A DNA stretch of 63,478 nt, filler included, from Ministeria vibrans ATCC 50519 (taxonomy: Eukaryota > Protista > Filasterea), in the NCBI GenBank assembly GCA_943704425.1. It is 9 parts of 9 records of this genome, joined end to end, with 100 filler letters (N's around TTAATTAATTAA, not from the genome) between each part and the next. Parts side by side here need not be neighbours in the genome. Positions count along the whole stretch, not along the records: positions 61,995 to 63,478 come from CALSCP010000211.1; 8 more parts are not named here. The stretch is one strand, 5' to 3'. The notes under the pieces were generated by a model. It saw nothing but the letters and a program-made list of their open reading frames with translations. It was not told where the DNA came from and made no database searches. Each line of letters starts with the position of its first letter. Position 1 is the first letter of the stretch. The position numbers were made by a program, and so were the translations under genes. Below are positions 62,183 through 63,478 of this stretch, one piece after another.

Positions 62183-63001
62183 GTGCGAGTGGCTGACGAT
62201 GATCTCCCGTGGCGCCGCGACGTCCCTGAGAAGGCCTTGGACGACCATCTTGCCGTCGAGGGACCCGCTGCCAAGGATGCTGCTGCTCCTGCTGCACAGC
62301 CTGCGGGCATGGGGCAGGCGGAGGTGGAGGCACAGAGAGACCACCATCCGGTCGGCTTAGCGGGCCGATCAAGCATCCCCCGTCCGCCTGCAGGGATGCC
62401 CGCCGTCCCGAGTGATGCCACTGGCGGGTACGCCCTACCACCATGTTCTATCACTTGTGTATTTCTTTCTTCCTCTCTAAGTTTGTTTCTCTCTCTCACA
62501 CACACACACACACGCAAAGATTGATCTGAACCTCAAAAATAGTACACTAATCTCATTTGTAAACTCCACGTATAGACGACTACATCTTGCCGTCACGATG
62601 TGCAACGACCGTGGTGCCGAGGCTGTCAACATGCTCAAGTCGGCAACTCTCTTCTCGTCACAGCCTCTGATGTTCCATGTCTTTCATGCCGACGGCAATG
62701 ACAAACTCGTCGAGATGGAACTTGCAACTTGGCCGGATGTCCAGGTAAGACCTCCCCCTGAAAAAAAGATTGGAATCGGGCGAGAAAAAAGCTGAATGCG
62801 TGCGTTGCTTTTTTTTACTCTTTTAGTCGGGTCGCGTTGCGTATCGTCTCTATGAAGTACACTTAGAGCCCGAATGGCGCAAGCTGTTCAAGCCGTGCGC
62901 CGTGCAGCGTCTCTTTTTCCCCGACCTTATCGCCGATGTCGAGCGCCTGGTTTACCTCGACTCCGACACTCTCCTTCTCGAAGTACATTTTATACAACCA
63001 T

Positions 63002-63058
<57 letters not shown>

Positions 63059-63368
63059 TGCATGTGACTACTGAGCGTGTCTTTGGGGCGTGTGTTTGTG
63101 ACTGTGTTTATGCATGTATGTATGATGTGTGGGCGCGTGTGTGTGCTTCTCTCAATGTTGTGTTCTGGCTTGATAGGATCCGGGACATCTGTGGGCGTTC
63201 TTCAAGGAATTCAACACGTCGACAATCACGGCCGTTTCAGCGGTATGGAAGGGGGAACCCCGCACAATACACTTTCACTTCTTTCCCGCCTTATTCGTTG
63301 TTTTCACTGTATTACTGTAGGAGGGTGAGCGTGGCGGTGGCTGGTACGACCGATTCAGTCGACACCCG
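62183..63368 (+). CDS. GXYLT1: Glucoside xylosyltransferase (GXYLT1/2, GT8), partial at both ends
   Basis: LHLAV..C.DR..E...MLKSA.LFS..PL.FHVF; EWRKLFKPCAVQRLFFP; LVYLDSD; LW.FFK.FN.S; GWYDRFSRHP. Confidence 0.88.
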
Positions 63369-63373
63369 TACGC

Positions 63374-63478
<105 letters not shown>

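Overview
Compact, intron-rich eukaryotic DNA with short GT-AG introns, (CT)n/(CA)n/(AAT)n microsatellites and many head-to-head gene pairs. It consists of nine pieces joined by 100-nt N spacers containing TTAATTAATTAA, so adjacency across spacers is not reliable. Gene content (IFT genes, PIBF1, kelch/Cys-rich receptor TKL kinase, EGF-repeat proteins, Munc13-4-like, AP-4-like bHLH, TRFH-Myb, GXYLT) suggests a flagellated unicellular holozoan; this is inference. About 22 genes or gene fragments are supported, plus a decayed non-LTR retroelement and an intron-containing Helitron Rep. Best findings, several not visible in the ORF track: (1) a spliced AAED1/PRXL2C (SelU-family) gene with in-frame TGA in a UxxC motif and a well-formed type II SECIS; (2) a secreted precursor with five ~24-aa peptide repeats, three built by tandem exon+intron duplication and mostly separated by RR-EA/RR-DA sites, as in pheromone or neuropeptide precursors; (3) an animal-type TRF1/2 telomere protein with a full TRFH domain; (4) a TFAP4-like gene whose basic region is split by a 1-kb intron; (5) a vWA domain inserted inside an EGF module, followed by 7-Cys EGF pairs that may be disulfide-stapled; (6) IFT57 and IFT70 sharing a ~110-bp divergent promoter. 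Family assignments come from my recognition of motifs, not from database searches.
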